Source: Squalus acanthias (lineage: Eukaryota). Taken from it: a DNA stretch of 64,000 bases. Position 1 is the stretch's first letter. Every line of letters begins with the position of its first letter. This document shows positions 1-12,581 of this stretch, piece after piece. The notes beneath the pieces were generated by a model, which was given only the letters and a program-made list of their open reading frames with translations, searched no databases and had not been told where the DNA came from. The stretch is taken from assembly GCA_030390025.1 (NCBI GenBank), contig CM059432.1, positions 109,432,001-109,496,000 of the forward strand. The letters are read 5' to 3'. Made by a program: the position numbers and the translations under genes.

Positions 1-200
1 TAGGAAAGCAAATGGTATGTTAGCTTTTGTTAGAAAAGGATTGGAGTAGAAGAATGAAGAAGTCTTACTGCAATTATATAGGGCCCTGGTGAGACCATAC
101 CTGGAGTACTGTGAACAATTTTGGTCTCCTTACCTAAGGAAGAATATACTTGCCTTAGAGGGAGTTCAACGAAGGTTCACCGGTCTGATTCCTGGGATGG
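1..200 (+). mobile_element. CR1 LINE fragment (C-terminal part of ORF2)
   Basis: Translates as RPYLEYCEQFWSPYLRKNILALEGVQRRFT, the typical CR1 ORF2 C-terminal motif. Confidence 0.9.
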
Positions 201-510
201 GGGCTGATTTGATGCCAGCGCTGCCAATTTCATCCTCAACGCTGGAGCTAACACTTTGTTTTAACCGCGCACAGCTGAACATGCATTCAGCAGCAGCAAG
301 GGCCCCCCACCAGTGATATTTAAAGGGATCAGCAACTACTCTCAGGTCAGTTGCTGATTAATTTCTACAGGCTTTGTGTAAGTTTGTGGGAGAGATTGGA
401 GTTTTCTATAGTTGTTTAAAGTTGGTGAGGTGACAGGGAGTGGTGCTGCAAGTGGAGAAGGTCTTGCTTCTGACTTCAAGGGTTCTGGTCAGACCACTTG
501 CTCCCAGTCA

Positions 511-1289
511 TTGGGTGCTCTAGTTCTCATCCCCCTTGGCCTGCAGCATGACAGGGAGATGGAGCAGAGGCAGCGAAGAAGAGGACAAGCTGCTCGCACA
601 GGGAGGAGGAGGAGGGGGAGAAGGGCTCGCAGCAGGAGGCCTTACCCACCTACGGTCTTCCGAGAGCAATTCTCTTACCTCAACCTGAGCCAGGAGCAGT
701 GTGTGAGGCATCAGCGCTTTACGAAGGAGATGCTCACAGAACTCTGCCTTCTCTTGTAACCAGACCTGCAGCCTCACACCAGGGCAAGGACAGCGCTGCC
801 AGTGGCTGTGAAGGTGACTGTGGCCCTGAATTTCTTCACACGGGCTCCTTCCAGGCTGGAGCAGGCGACATCTGTAACATCTCCCAGTTTGCCATCCACT
901 GCTGCATAAGAGAGGTGATAGATGCTCTTTATGCCAGAAGAGGGGACTTCATTGTCTTCTCTCTGACCAGAGCGAATCAGGCAGAGTGTGCATGTTGCTT
1001 TACCAGGACAGAAGGCTTCCCCATGGTGCAGGGTGCCATCAACGGCACGCAAGTGACTTTGTGGGTGCCACATCTAAATGCTGAGATGTACTGCAACCGT
1101 AATGGATACCACTCGCTGATTGTGCAGTTGGTGTGCGACCATGCTCAGCACGTCATGATGGTGAATGCTCGGTATTCTGGCAGCAGTCATGATGCTTTTA
1201 TTCTGTGCCACTCTGCTGTTCCCTCAGTCTTTGAGCCACCAAAACATACCAGAGGCTGGCTACTGGGCAACAAGGGCTATCCGCTGACC
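511..1289 (+). pseudogene. HARBI1-like Harbinger transposase, 5' part (element A)
   Basis: Motifs GSFQAGAGDICNISQ, FPMVQGAINGT, GYHSLIVQLVCD, GSSHDAFIL and LLGNKGYPLT. Contains a stop and a frameshift; cut by an RTE at 1290. Confidence 0.9.
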
Positions 1290-1947
1290 TTCTTCTATTC
1301 TTCTTCTTAGGCAGTCCCTAGGAACTGAGGATGACTTGCTTCCACACTAAAAATGAGTTCTCAGGTGACTGATGAGTCCAATGCGGAACCTACAGTCTCT
1401 GTCATAGGTGGGGCAGACGGTGGTTGAAGGGGCGGGTGGGTGGGGTGCTTGGGTTGACGTGCGCTCCTTCCGCTGTTTGCGCTTGGATTCCGCTTGCTCC
1501 CGGCGAAAAGACTCGAGGTGTTGGGCCAGGGATTCCCAGGTGTTGGTGGGGATGTTGCACTTTTTCACGGAGGCTTTGAGGGTGTCCTTGAAGCGTTTCC
1601 TCTGCCCACCTGGGGCTCTCTTGCCGTGTTGGAGCTCCGAGTAGAGCGCTTGTTTTGGGAGTCTTGTATCGGACATGCGGATGATGTGGCCCGTCCATCG
1701 TAACTGATCGAGCGCAGTCAAAGCTTCGATGCTGGGGATGTTGGCCTGAGCGAGAACACTTACGTTGGTGCGCCTATCCTGCAAATGGATTTGCAGGATC
1801 TTGCAGAGGCAGCGTTGGTGGTACCTCTCCAGAGCTTTGAGGTGCCTGCTGTACATAGTCTATGTCTCTGAAGCATACAGGAGGGCGGGAATCACTACTG
1901 CTCTGTAGACCATGAGCTTGGTGCCGGGTTTGAGGTCCTGGTCTTCA
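1290..1947 (-). mobile_element. RTE LINE, 3' part
   Basis: ORF 1347..1856 has QLRWTGHIIRM, LPKQALYSEL, GGQRKRFKDTLK and a C-terminal C2H2-like remnant. (GAA)n-like tail at 1290-1307. Confidence 0.9.
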
Positions 1948-4547
1948 TAGAATCAGAGAAAGTTACAGCACGGAAGGAGGCCATTTCAGCCCATCGTGTC
2001 CGCGTCGGCCAACAAAGAGCTATCCAGCCTAATCCCACTTCCCAGGTCTCGGTTCGTAGCCCTGCAGGTTACAGCATCCCAAGTGCACATCCAAGTACTT
2101 TTTAAATGTGGTTAGGGTTCCTGCCTCTACCACCCTTTCAGGCAGTGAGTTCCAGACCCCCACAACCCTCTGGGTGAAGACATTTCCCTTCAAATCCCCT
2201 CTAAACCTTCCCCCAATTACTTTAAATCTGTGCCCCTTGGTTTTTGACCCCTCTGCTCAGGGAAATAGGTCCTTTCTATTCACTTTATCTAGGCCCCTCA
2301 TAATTTTATACACCTCAACAAGGTCTCCCCTCAGCCTCCTCTGTTCCAAGGAAAACAAACTCAGCCTATCCAGTCTTTCCTCATAGCTGAGATTCTCTAC
2401 TCCTGGCAACATCCTTGTAAATCTCCTCTGTACCCTCTCTAGTGCAATCACATCTTTCCTGTAATGTGGTGACCAGAACTGCACGCAGTACTCTAACTGA
2501 GGCCTAGCTAGAGTTTTATACAGCTGAAGCATAAGCCCCCTGCTCTTGTATTCTATGCCACGCTAATAAAGGCAAGCATTCCGTATGCCTTCTTAACCAC
2601 CTTAGCTACCTGGCCTGCTACCTTCAGGGATCTGTGGACATGCACTCCAAGGTCCCTTTGTTCCTCTACACTACTCAGTGTCCTACCATTTAATGTGTAT
2701 TCCCTTTCCTTGTTAGCCCTCCCCAAATGCATTACCTCACACTTCTCCGGATTGAATTCCATTTGTCACTGTTCTGCCCACCTAACCAAATTATTGATAT
2801 CTTCCTGTAGTCTACAGCTTCCTTCTTCAGTATCAACCACACAGCCGATTTTAGTATCATCATACAAACTTCTTAATCATACCCCCTATATTCAAGTCTA
2901 GATCATTGATATATACCACAAAAAGCAAGGGACCCAATACTGAGCCCTGCGGAACCCCACTGGAAACAGCCTTCCAGTCACAAAAACACCCATCAACCAT
3001 TACCCTCTGTTTCCTCTCTCCGAGCCAGTTTTGAATCCAACTTGACACTCTGCCCTGGATCCCATGGGCTTTTAACTTCATGACCAGTCTGCCATGTGGA
3101 ACCTTATCAAAAGCCTTGTTAAAGTCCATATACACTACATCAAACGCACTACCCTCATCTACCCTCCTTGTTACCTCCTCAAAAAATTCAATCAAGTTTG
3201 TCAGAGACGACCTTCCCTTAACAAGTCCGTGCTGACTATCCTTGATTAATCCGTGTCTTTCTCAATGAAGATTTGTCCTGTCCTTCAGAAATCTTTCCAA
3301 TAATTTTCCCACCACCGAGGTTAGGCTGACTGGCCTGTAATTACTCGGTCTATCCTTTTCTCCTTTTTTAAACAAGGGTACCACATTAGCAGTCCTCCAG
3401 TCCTCTGGCACTACACCTGAAGTCAGAGAGGATTGGAAAATGATGGTCAGGGCCTCTGCTATTTCCTCTTTTGCTTTGCTTAACAGCCTGGGGGTTTATC
3501 CACTTTTAAAGCTGCTAAACCCCTTAATACGTCCTCTCTCACTATGTTTATTTCATCTAATATTTCACACTTCTCCCCCCTGAAAGCAATGTCTGCTTCG
3601 CCCCTCTCCTTTGTGAAAACAGACGCAAAGTAGTCATTAAGAACCCTACCGACGTCTCCTGCCTCCACACACAGATTACCCTCATGATCTCTAATAGGCC
3701 CTACCCTTTCTTCAGTTATCCTCTTACTCTTAATATATTTATAAAACATCTTTGGGATTTCCTTGATTTTACTTGCCAAGAATTTTTCATGCTCTCTCTT
3801 TGCTTTCCTAATATCCTTTTTAATTGCACCCCTGCACTTTCTCTACTCCTCTAAAGATTCTGGAGTATTTAGCCCTCGGTATCTGTCATATGCCGCCCTT
3901 TTTTTCTTTATCCTACCCTCTATGTCCCTAGACATCCAGGGGGCTCTAGATTTGTTAGTCCCACCTTTTTTCTTGAAGGGCACAAATTTGGTCTGAACCC
4001 TTCGGATCTCCTCTTTGAATGCCTCCCACTGCTCTGACACTGATTTACCTTCAAGTAGCTGTTTCCAGTCCACTATGGCTAAATCCCCTCTGAGCTTAGC
4101 AAAATTTGCTTTTCCCCAATTTAGTTTTTTTATTCCTGGTCTATCCTTGTCCTTTTCCATAACTACCTTAAGTCTAACTGAATTATGGTCACTAGCACCA
4201 AAATGCTCCCCCACTGATACGCCTTCTACCTGCCCAGCTTCATTCCCTAAAACTAAGTCCAGAACCACCCCCTCCCTTGTTGGGCTTGATACATACTGGC
4301 TAAAAAAGTTCTCCTGGATGCATTTTAGGAATTCCGCACCCTCTATACCCTTCACACTAATTTTATCCCAGTTAATATTGGGGGTAGTTGAAATCCCCTG
4401 CTATTACTGCCCTATAGTTTTTGCACTTCTCAGAAATTTGTCAACATATTTGCTCTTCTATCTCCCTCTCACTGTTTGGGGGTCTGTAGTACACTCCCAG
4501 CAGTGCGATCACCCCTTTTTTGGTTTTCAATTCGACCATATGGTCTC
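1948..4547 (-). mobile_element. CR1 LINE, 3' part (RT domain and 3' UTR)
   Basis: VPQGSVLGPLLF, DFNKAFDKVPH and LEYCVQFWSP motifs; CATAGAAT-type tail at ~1946. Confidence 0.92.
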
Positions 4548-6432
4548 TTCCCACCTACATCCGTGACTCTTCCGACGCCCTCCGTCACTTTAACAGTTTC
4601 CAGTTTCCTGGCCCCAACACCCTCCTTTTCACTATGGACGTACAATCCCTCTGCACCTCCATCCCCCACCAGGATGGCCTGAGGGCGCTCCACTTCTTCC
4701 TTGAACAGAGGCCCGACCAGTCCCCATCCACCACCACCCTCCTCCGCCTAGCTGAACTTGTTCTCACATTGAACAACTTCTCCTTTGACTCCACTCACTT
4801 CCTCCAATTCAACGGTGTTGCTATGGAAACCCGCATGGGTCCTAGCTATGCCTGCCTTTTCATGGGATATGTGGAACATTCTTTGTTCCAATCCTACTCA
4901 GGTCCCCTCCCTCACCTCTTTTTCCAGTACATTGATGACTGTATCGGTGTCGCTTCCTGCTCTCGCCCTGAACTAGATAATTTGATTCACTTTGCTTCCA
5001 ATTTCCACCCTTCCTCACCTTCAGATGGTCCATCTCCGACTCTTCCCTTCCCTTCCTCGACTTCTCCATCTCCATCTCTGGGGATAGGTTATTGACAAAC
5101 ATTCACTACAAGCTCACTGACTCCCATAGCTACCTGGACTACACTTCCTCCCACCCCGCTTCCTGTAAGGACTCTATTCCATTCTCCCAGTGTCTCCGTC
5201 TCCGCCGCATCTGCTCTGACGATGCCACCTTCCATACCAGTGCTTCCGACATGTCTTCCTTTTTCCTCAACCGAGGATTCCCCTCTACTGTGGTTGACAC
5301 AGCCCTTGACCGTGTCCGTTCTATCTCCCGCACTTCTGCCCTCACCCCTGCCCCTCCCTCCCGGAACCACGATAGAGTTCCCCTTGTCCTCACCCTTCAC
5401 CCCACCAGCCTCCACATTCAACAGATCATCCTCAGCCATTTCCGCCACCTCCAGCGTGACCCCACCACCAAACGCATCTTCCCCTCACCTCCCCTTTCAG
5501 CATTCCGAAGGGACCGCTCCCTCCGCGACACTCTGCTCCACTCCTCTATCACCCCCAACACCCCTTCCCCTTCGCCCGGCACCTTCCCGTGCAAGCGCAG
5601 GAGATGCAACACATGCCCTTATACCTCCCTTCTCCCCACTGTCCAGGGCCCCAAACACCCCTTCCAGTTGAAACAGCGATTTACTTGTACTTCTTGCAAT
5701 TTAGTATACTGTATTCGCTGCTCACGATGTGGTCTCCTCTACAATGGGGAGACCAAATGCAGATTGGGTGACCACTTTGCGGAACACCTCCGTTCAGTCC
5801 GTAAGGGGGACCCCGAGTTTCCGGTCGTCTGTCACTTTAATTCTTCGTACCACTCCCACTCAGACCTCACCATCCTCGCCTCTTGCATTGTTCCACAGAA
5901 GCTTAGCGGAAGCTCGAGGAACAGCACCTCATCTTTCGATTAGGCACTCTACAGCCCTCTGGACTCAACATAGAGTTCAACAATTTCAGGTCATAACCTC
6001 GGTCCCTATCATATATATATTTTTCATCCACACTTTTTGTCTGTGTCTTTTTTTCTTCTCTCCCACATGGCAGTTGTCTTTCATTCTGCCAGCGGAATTC
6101 ACACTTCATCTAGAGCCATCCTTTGTTTCTTAACCTGTCCCATTACCACCTCCTTTTACCTTGAATATCTCTTAATGTCTCTTAACCTCTCCTGCCTTCT
6201 ATCCTGTCACAGACCTTCCCTTTTGTTCTTTCATCCCCTCCCCCCTTTCCCAGCTCCTACACTTGCTTAAAAATCTGTTCCATTTCCTGCTTTTTTCCAG
6301 TTCTGACGAAAGGTCATCGATCTGAAATGTTAACTCTGTTTCTGTCTTCACAGGTGCTGCCTGACCTGCTGAGTATCTCCAGCATTTTCTGTTTTTATTT
6401 CAGATTTCTATCATCTGCAGTATTTTCTTTTT
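4548..6432 (+). mobile_element. Penelope-like element (RT + GIY-YIG), 5'-truncated and frameshifted
   Basis: RT motifs LFTMDVQSL, GVAMETRMGPSYA and QYIDD; GIY-YIG-like NLVYCIRCSRCGLLYNGETK..AEHLRSV; 3' tail contains a hammerhead. Confidence 0.88.
6299..6335 (+). ncRNA. Minimal hammerhead ribozyme in the Penelope-like 3' tail
   Basis: AGTT-CTGACGA-a-AGGTC(atc)GATCT-GAAA-TGTT-AACT: core CUGANGA/GAAA, stem II AGGUC/GAUCU, stem I AGUU/AACU and a minimal stem III. Confidence 0.65.
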
Positions 6433-6816
6433 GTGGCCTCGTTTGATGAACCCTCCAACATATCATCCCTCCTCACAGCTGTAATAGTTTCTTTAATCAA
6501 TATCACGACCCCCCCCTCCCTTTTTACCTCCCTCTCTATCCCATCTGAAAATCCTGTAACCAGGAATGTTGAGCTGCCGTACCTGCCCCTCTTTCAGCCA
6601 CGTCTCTGTACTAGCTATAATATCATAGTCCCAAGTATCTACCTATGCCCTCAGCTCATCTGCCTTGTTCGCTATACTCCTTGCATTGAATATATACCAT
6701 TTAGTACAGGCAAACCTCCTTGTTGACAACTATCTAGCCCTTGATTCCTCTGTCCTTCCAATTTACTTTCTACATTTTTGTTTTCCAATTCCAGTTTTTC
6801 TTCCCTCTCTACTGAC
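6433..6816 (-). mobile_element. CR1 LINE, 5' part (endonuclease start); same copy as 1948-4547
   Basis: CR1 resumes at tggcctcgtttgatg, matching the break tggtctc at ~4541-4547. Confidence 0.75.
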
Positions 6817-7673
6817 TCTTCAGCCACTCTCTTCCTCAGCGACCGAAGGCTGCACTGGCACACTGAAGGCGGTGTTGGACTCGTCATCGATGTCTGCCCT
6901 TGTTGACAGTAGGCTCCCGAGGTATGGAAAGTGGTCCACGTTGTCCAAGGCCTCATCGTGGATTTTGATAATCGGGGGGCAGTACTGTGTGGCGGGGGCA
7001 GGTTGGTAGAGGACCTTTGTTTTATGGAAGTTTAGTGTAAGGCCCATGCTCTCGTACGCTTCAGTGAAGGTGTTGACAATGGTTTGGAGTTCGACCTCCG
7101 AGTGTGCGTAAACGCAAGCGTCGTCTGCATACTGTAATTCGATGACAGAGGATGGGACAACCTTGGATCTGGACTGGAGGCGACGGAGGTTGAATAGTTT
7201 CCCGTTTGTTCTGTAAATTAGCTCCACTCCAGCGGGGCGCTTACTGAGGGTGAGATGAAGCATTGCAGCAAGGAAGATCGAGAAGAGCCTTGCTTGACCC
7301 CGGTCCATACATGAATTGGGTCTGTGGTGGATTTGTTGCTCAGGATCACGGCTTGCATGTCGTCATGAAGCAGGCGGAGGATGGTGACAAACTTTTGAGG
7401 GCAGCCAAATTTGAGGAGGACACTCCATAATCCCTCACATTGACAGTGTCGAAGGCCTTTGTGAGGTCAAAGAAGGCCATATACAGTGGTTGGTGCTGTT
7501 CCCTGCATTTCTCTATTTGACGCGCAGTGAAGATCATGTCCATTGTGCCCCTTAGTGGGTGGAATCTGCATTGCGACTCTGGGAGGAGCTCTTCAGCCAC
7601 TGGGAGAAGGCGATTGAGGAGGATTCTTGCAATGACTTTCCCTGTGGCAGACAGCAGGGAGACTCCTCTGTCA
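6817..7673 (-). mobile_element. RTE LINE, 5' part (RT domain); same copy as 1290-1947
   Basis: RGVSLLSATGKVIARIL, FFDLTKAFDTV, ELQYADD and FPYLGS motifs. LRKRV joins EDQDL at ~1945. Confidence 0.9.
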
Positions 7674-8048
7674 TGACCACCTGGTTCATGACTGCGCTCC
7701 GCAACCCACCCACACGTGGGCAACATGCGTACAGAGAGCCATGCTGCCACACGGAATCTGATAGAGCAGACCATTGGCATCCTTAAACAATGCTTCCGCT
7801 GCCTGGACCGCACTAGAGTAGCTCTGCAGTACTCACCAGAACGTTTCTCAAGATTCATCGTGGACTGCTGCATGCTCCACAACCTCGCCATCATGAGGGC
7901 ACAGCCCTTGCCACCATGCATGCGGGGACCAGCTGAGGAGGAAGATGAGGAGGAAGAGGAGGAGGAGGAAGCAGAAGAGGAGGAAGTGGAAGAGGAGGAG
8001 GCGCTTTCTGCCCGGGCTGTCCATGATCGACTGATTTGACTGCAGTAA
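7674..8048 (+). pseudogene. HARBI1-like transposase, 3' part (element A)
   Basis: TTWFMT..SHAATRNLIEQTIGILKQCFRCLD..CCMLHNLA followed by an acidic tail; continues GYPLT from 1289. Confidence 0.9.
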
Positions 8049-8212
8049 AGGTGAATGCAACCCCAACTCTCCATTCAACACCTTACCTCTCCTCTGTTAC
8101 TGACCATCACAGTGTCCTCTTGGCCACAATGCTGAAATAAAAGCCACCAGAAAAGAAACATTTCAATCCAACTTTATACATCAATCCATCCAATATTACA
8201 TAACAAAGTCAA

Positions 8213-10714
8213 CTAATCACCCATGTGCATTCCCTTAATGCCTGTCTTCAGTGTGCCTTTGCCTGTCCTAGTGCTCCTACGCAGTGCTACCTCAGTGGCT
8301 GCAGCATGGCTGGTGAAAGGCTGCAGATGGCCTTGCAGGATGACCTCGAGCACCCCTGGAAGGCCCGGCTGCAGACTGCATCACGTCGGCATGGGCGGCA
8401 GCAGTCTGGGCTGGCTGACCGACAGGCAACAGCAGGGGCACTGGCAGAGTGGCAGTGGTGGGAGGAAGAATGCTGTCATCCTGAGAGAGGACACAGGTTC
8501 TTGCTCCATAGAGCCACTGCCACACCCCGAGGTGGCACCTCAGCATTCCTAGCCATATGTTGGAGGACAGATTGCTGGACTGCTGTGACAAACTGCAAGC
8601 CCCTTTCCACACTGGTGACACAATGCAGACACAATGGGCTGGATTTTGATACTGGGGCGGGTTGTGGTCATGTCATCCACTTTTCGTGTTATCCACCCGA
8701 CTGCAATTGGATGTGGGAGATTGATGTGATTTTCACCTAATTGGGCAATTGATTTCCAGCATGTGGGAACCCATGAATCAATTAGTGTTTTCAGTCTGAA
8801 AGTCGCCTCTGATGTCATCATTGCTGCTGCATTGAAGGTCTACAAAGACTGCCTGGCATTTGCTGTGAGAGGACCTGGATGCAAAATGAGCAGCAGCAGC
8901 CCTAAGTCTGCTCCCAGATGTTTTTGCACCACCACTCCCAGATATGTCTATCTATCCATATCCAGATATCCAGATATCCAGCCAGCCAGCCAGCCAGCAT
9001 CAGCTATCCAAATGTGCTCGCGCCAGGTTTCACATTCGTGGTTCAGAACAGGCGTGCTTCACATAGAAAAAGGGTTAAAATCACAAAGGCCTTTCAAAAT
9101 GGCATTATAGAGGTAATTTAGTACTTGTTAAGAGCCTTAACAGACTATCCCGCCTCTTAGAGGCGGGACGGAGTCGGGACCAGCAGATACGATTTAATGA
9201 AAATTGCGTGGAGGCGGGATGGAGGCGGGCTTGTGCCCGCCCGCCAGTTTTCGCAATTTTAACCCCCCTCCACGCCTCCAAACCCGCCTCCACGGGTCAA
9301 TGAAAATCCAGCCCAATGAGCTTGTGTGATAGTAAGCTGAGCCTGCCTGAGAGCAGTCTGAGCTTCCACTGCAGCACTCAAACATTGGGTAGCTTCTGCT
9401 TGTGCTACAATGGAAGCTGAGACATCAGCCATCAGACCCTGCATCATGGTTGGGTCCACAAGTGTACTAATGGAGTTTCCCATCACTTCCATGCTGGAAA
9501 GGATGGGCTCCAAACTCTGCGCACATCCCTGTGCAAGGCTGGTGCCGGACTCTTCCAGGCTCCTTGACATTGTACTCAGGCTTTTTGACAGGCCTGCCAA
9601 TGCACCAAACATTTTGTTGTGCATGCCCATCAGCGTTATCCTGTAGGCTGCCCCATCAAAGTCCTCATCTGAGTCCTCTGCAGCAGAACTTGTGTGTGAC
9701 CTCGTCCTCCAGTGATATGTCACCTGCGCTAACATTTCTCCCTGCCCTGGCTGTAGCCCACTCGTGCCCGGTGACTCACCATGTGCAGATCCCGCCTCTA
9801 AGCTACCCTCTAAACTCCGCGCAGTGCCAGTATCTGAGCTAGTGGCTGCGAGTGTCAGATCAAGTGACGGTGTTTCTTCTTCATCATCACTCTTCTTTCC
9901 CTCTTCTTCTTGCACCACTGTCTAGGCAGGTTCGATTTTTGGGTCTCTGAAATGAGAAAGGAGGGGGGAATGCAAGAGGTGCATGCTTACACCATGTGTA
10001 GCTTGTAAATCAGAAGAGAATGTGGGATGAGGGTGAAGTGGGATGTGAGAAGCAGGATTACATATGAGGATACCGACATTTTGTATTCTTGCAGCCCCGC
10101 TGCTGGCCATGGGCTCAGCGATGGCCCTCCTAATAATAGCCAACACCGTCTCCTCCATGGGTGTTAGGTTATGCAGGTGCTCCTGTTCCCCGCCGATTAG
10201 GTCCTGCTGGCACCGGTTGTAAGCCACCTTGACTTGCAAGAGAAAGGGAAGTGTGTCAGTGAGTGTGATCCAATGTGTTTGGGTGATGTGGTTGAATAGC
10301 TGACATTGTGTGCAAGCTGTGAGATGTGGGTGTGAAGCTTGCAGCACTGGTAAGAGTATAAGGGTGAGGTGAAGCTATGAATGTGATGTATGAGTCATGT
10401 TTGGTAGAGATTGTTGGTAGGTGAGTGATGGGGTGTGGTGCATTGAGCAATATGTGAGGCTTGTGGTGCAGATGGTGGCACTGACCTTGACCACTCATGT
10501 GCTTCCTGCACTGAGTTCACATCCTCGGGGCTAAACTGCTGGCATTCACCACAGCGGCTATCTGCTCCCATTGTACTTTACACTGTTGCCTGGAGGGCCT
10601 CCTGGTCCCCTGTGGAAACAGCACCTCTCTCCTCCTATCCACCTCCTGCAGCAAGGCCTCCAGTGCTGCATCCGAGAACATTGGTGGATGCTCTCTCCCC
10701 TGTTGTGCCATCAT
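8213..10714 (-). pseudogene. Harbinger Myb/SANT-like DNA-binding gene (multi-exon, element A)
   Basis: MMAQQGREHPPMFSDAALEALLQEV..WEQIA is a Myb/SANT motif. The region is colinear with the element B gene at 34858-36723. Confidence 0.8.
8636..9314. mobile_element. Non-autonomous Harbinger, deletion derivative of the element C family
   Basis: Perfect TIRs gggctggatttt/aaaatccagccc and TSD AAT. Its halves resemble 42663-42975 and 48050-48355. Confidence 0.88.
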
Positions 10715-11049
10715 TAGTTGTTTTTCATTGTCTTCCCCAGCCAATTTAATGAGCTGCTGCAGGCAGAATGCATCTCCCCTTTAAGAGGTGCAGATTGCCT
10801 TTAAGTAGTGCAGGCTAGCTTTAATTGGTGCTAGCCTCACACCCACTCAGCAGAATGTTTAAAGCTGGCTGAACGTCACAATTGTGGAAATGAGCAGGCA
10901 GCACGAAGTTCGCATGCTGCCTGCATTCCTCTGAACGGGTGCGGGTTGATCACGCATTGCGATCCCCGCGCCCGTTTTCGGGGGCTAATGAATTTCTAGG
11001 CCTCAGTGCTACCGCCCGATCATAAATTCTCTCATCCCGCTAAACCGAG

Positions 11050-11343
11050 GCCCCATCTGTCCTCTCAGGTGGATGTACAAAATCCCATGACACTATTTGA
11101 AGAATAACAGGGGAGTTCTCCCGGTGTGCTGTTCAACATTAATCCCTCAACCAGCATCACTAAATCAGATGCTCTGGTCATTATCTCATTGCTGATTAGG
11201 GGACCTTGCTGTGTGCAAATTGGCTGCCGCTTTTCCTACATTACTTCAGTGACTACACTTCAAAATATATTTCATTGGTTGTGAAGGGCTTTGAGACATC
11301 ATGAGGTTGTGAAAGGCACTATATAAATGCAAACCTTTCTTTT
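11050..11343 (+). mobile_element. Deu-domain-type SINE (SacSINE1/AmnSINE1-like), 3' part
   Basis: Contains ..ttgctgtgtgcaaattggctgcc.. and the tail gtgactacacttcaaaa..aaaggcactatataaatgcaa. Family assigned from recall. Confidence 0.7.
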
Positions 11344-11685
11344 GGCAACCAATGCTGGGTTGATTCAGGAGTCAGTATTCATTCATGTAGTGACATTGAT
11401 GGGTGAGCAGTCACATAAATAACTTACCCCCTCGTATTATAAACAAAAATGTAAAATGGTACACAGCCTTGTGTACCTAGGCTACCTTTTACATGATGTG
11501 TACTACATCTTTGCGATAAATTTGAGGATTTTTGAATTCCATCCGGCTACTGAAGGGTTTTACTTTTGATTGTTCTCCCTGCTCTCAAACTTTAGTCACA
11601 AAACCCCTCCCTGTCAGTAAACTACATTCTGCTGTTGATAACGTGACTACAAAATATTTAAATATTTTATGTTGCTTTCTTGTAG

Positions 11686-11727
11686 GTTCAGATGATTCTT
11701 TCAGAACTACTTTATTTTATGAAGAAG
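11686..11727 (+). CDS. Candidate host micro-exon (42 bp, VQMILSELLYFMKK)
   Basis: ttgctttcttgtAG acceptor, AG|GTATT donor, open frame, non-repetitive AT-rich context. Confidence 0.3.
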
Positions 11728-12530
11728 GTATTCTTTTATTATCCTAATGGTACCTGCACTGTGCTTTATCAACCAAATTGGATTAACAGCCTGACATTAA
11801 TCCCACAGAGGCTAAAAATCTAAAGCAAATTCTACCTGTGCAATAAAATATTTATTCACTCTTGTTCAAGAGGATTCTTCTCCCTTCCCATTGAAATATT
11901 TTAACAGATAGCATGCAATGTACAGAGCAGGTAGCTTAATGCATTTTCATATATAACATCAATTTCGAGGTGTATTTCAAATGTCTCCACACTTCAGAGA
12001 TGTTGCAAATGTTTTTTAAAATCTGGGACATGTTTTTTATAACCAAATGTGGTGAGAGCAAATACTGGTTACATCTCTGGCAAGTACAGCCTACACACTG
12101 TGCAGTTACACACAACCTGCTGTATTTGAACACGATTAGTTTCTACACGTCTCCGTTGAGCTGGTTTGATCAAAGGCACCCCTTCCTTTCAGAAGAAAAG
12201 GTCCTTTTCCAACTGGCAAATTTGACAGCAGAAAACCTAGCTCGTTCAACAAGAAGACACTTTTGTACTTGTAGCACAAGCCTCTTTATATTAAGTGTCC
12301 ACCTCCATTTCCCCCGTTTGTTCTAATGGTGCAGCGGAAATAATATTAGCAAATGGTAATTTTTGATACTGCTAATTCTTCATCATCCTGTCCGTGTAAT
12401 GTTCCCAGTGTCTGGGCTAGTTTTTGTAGAACAGTTGGTTTCAATCATTCACATGTAATTAGAAGTAACACTGCATGGCACAAATTCCCAGGTGTATCCG
12501 CGCTGAAGTGCTTTGTTTTTCACTTTTCAG

Positions 12531-12581
12531 AATAAAGACACTAAGTTCCTTCTGCTCCAAGTTGATCTGCGAGTTGCCAAG
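12531..12581 (+). CDS. Candidate host exon (NKDTKFLLLQVDLRVAK)
   Basis: Strong acceptor tttgtttttcacttttcAG, phase 0 compatible with 11686-11727. The donor AAG|GTGCTC is weak. Confidence 0.25.

Larger units (their letters stand above)
201..11002. mobile_element. PIF/Harbinger element A (left end not seen in window), heavily nested
   Basis: Transposase on + and Myb/SANT gene on - are convergent. The right end gaatttctaggcc (10990-11002) is the reverse complement of the start of element B (ggcctagaaattc, 34562). Confidence 0.85.

Noticed and set aside
7346..8074. 242-aa minus-strand ORF as a novel fusion protein
   Set aside because: It is antisense of the transposase tail running into the RTE fragment; a junction artefact.
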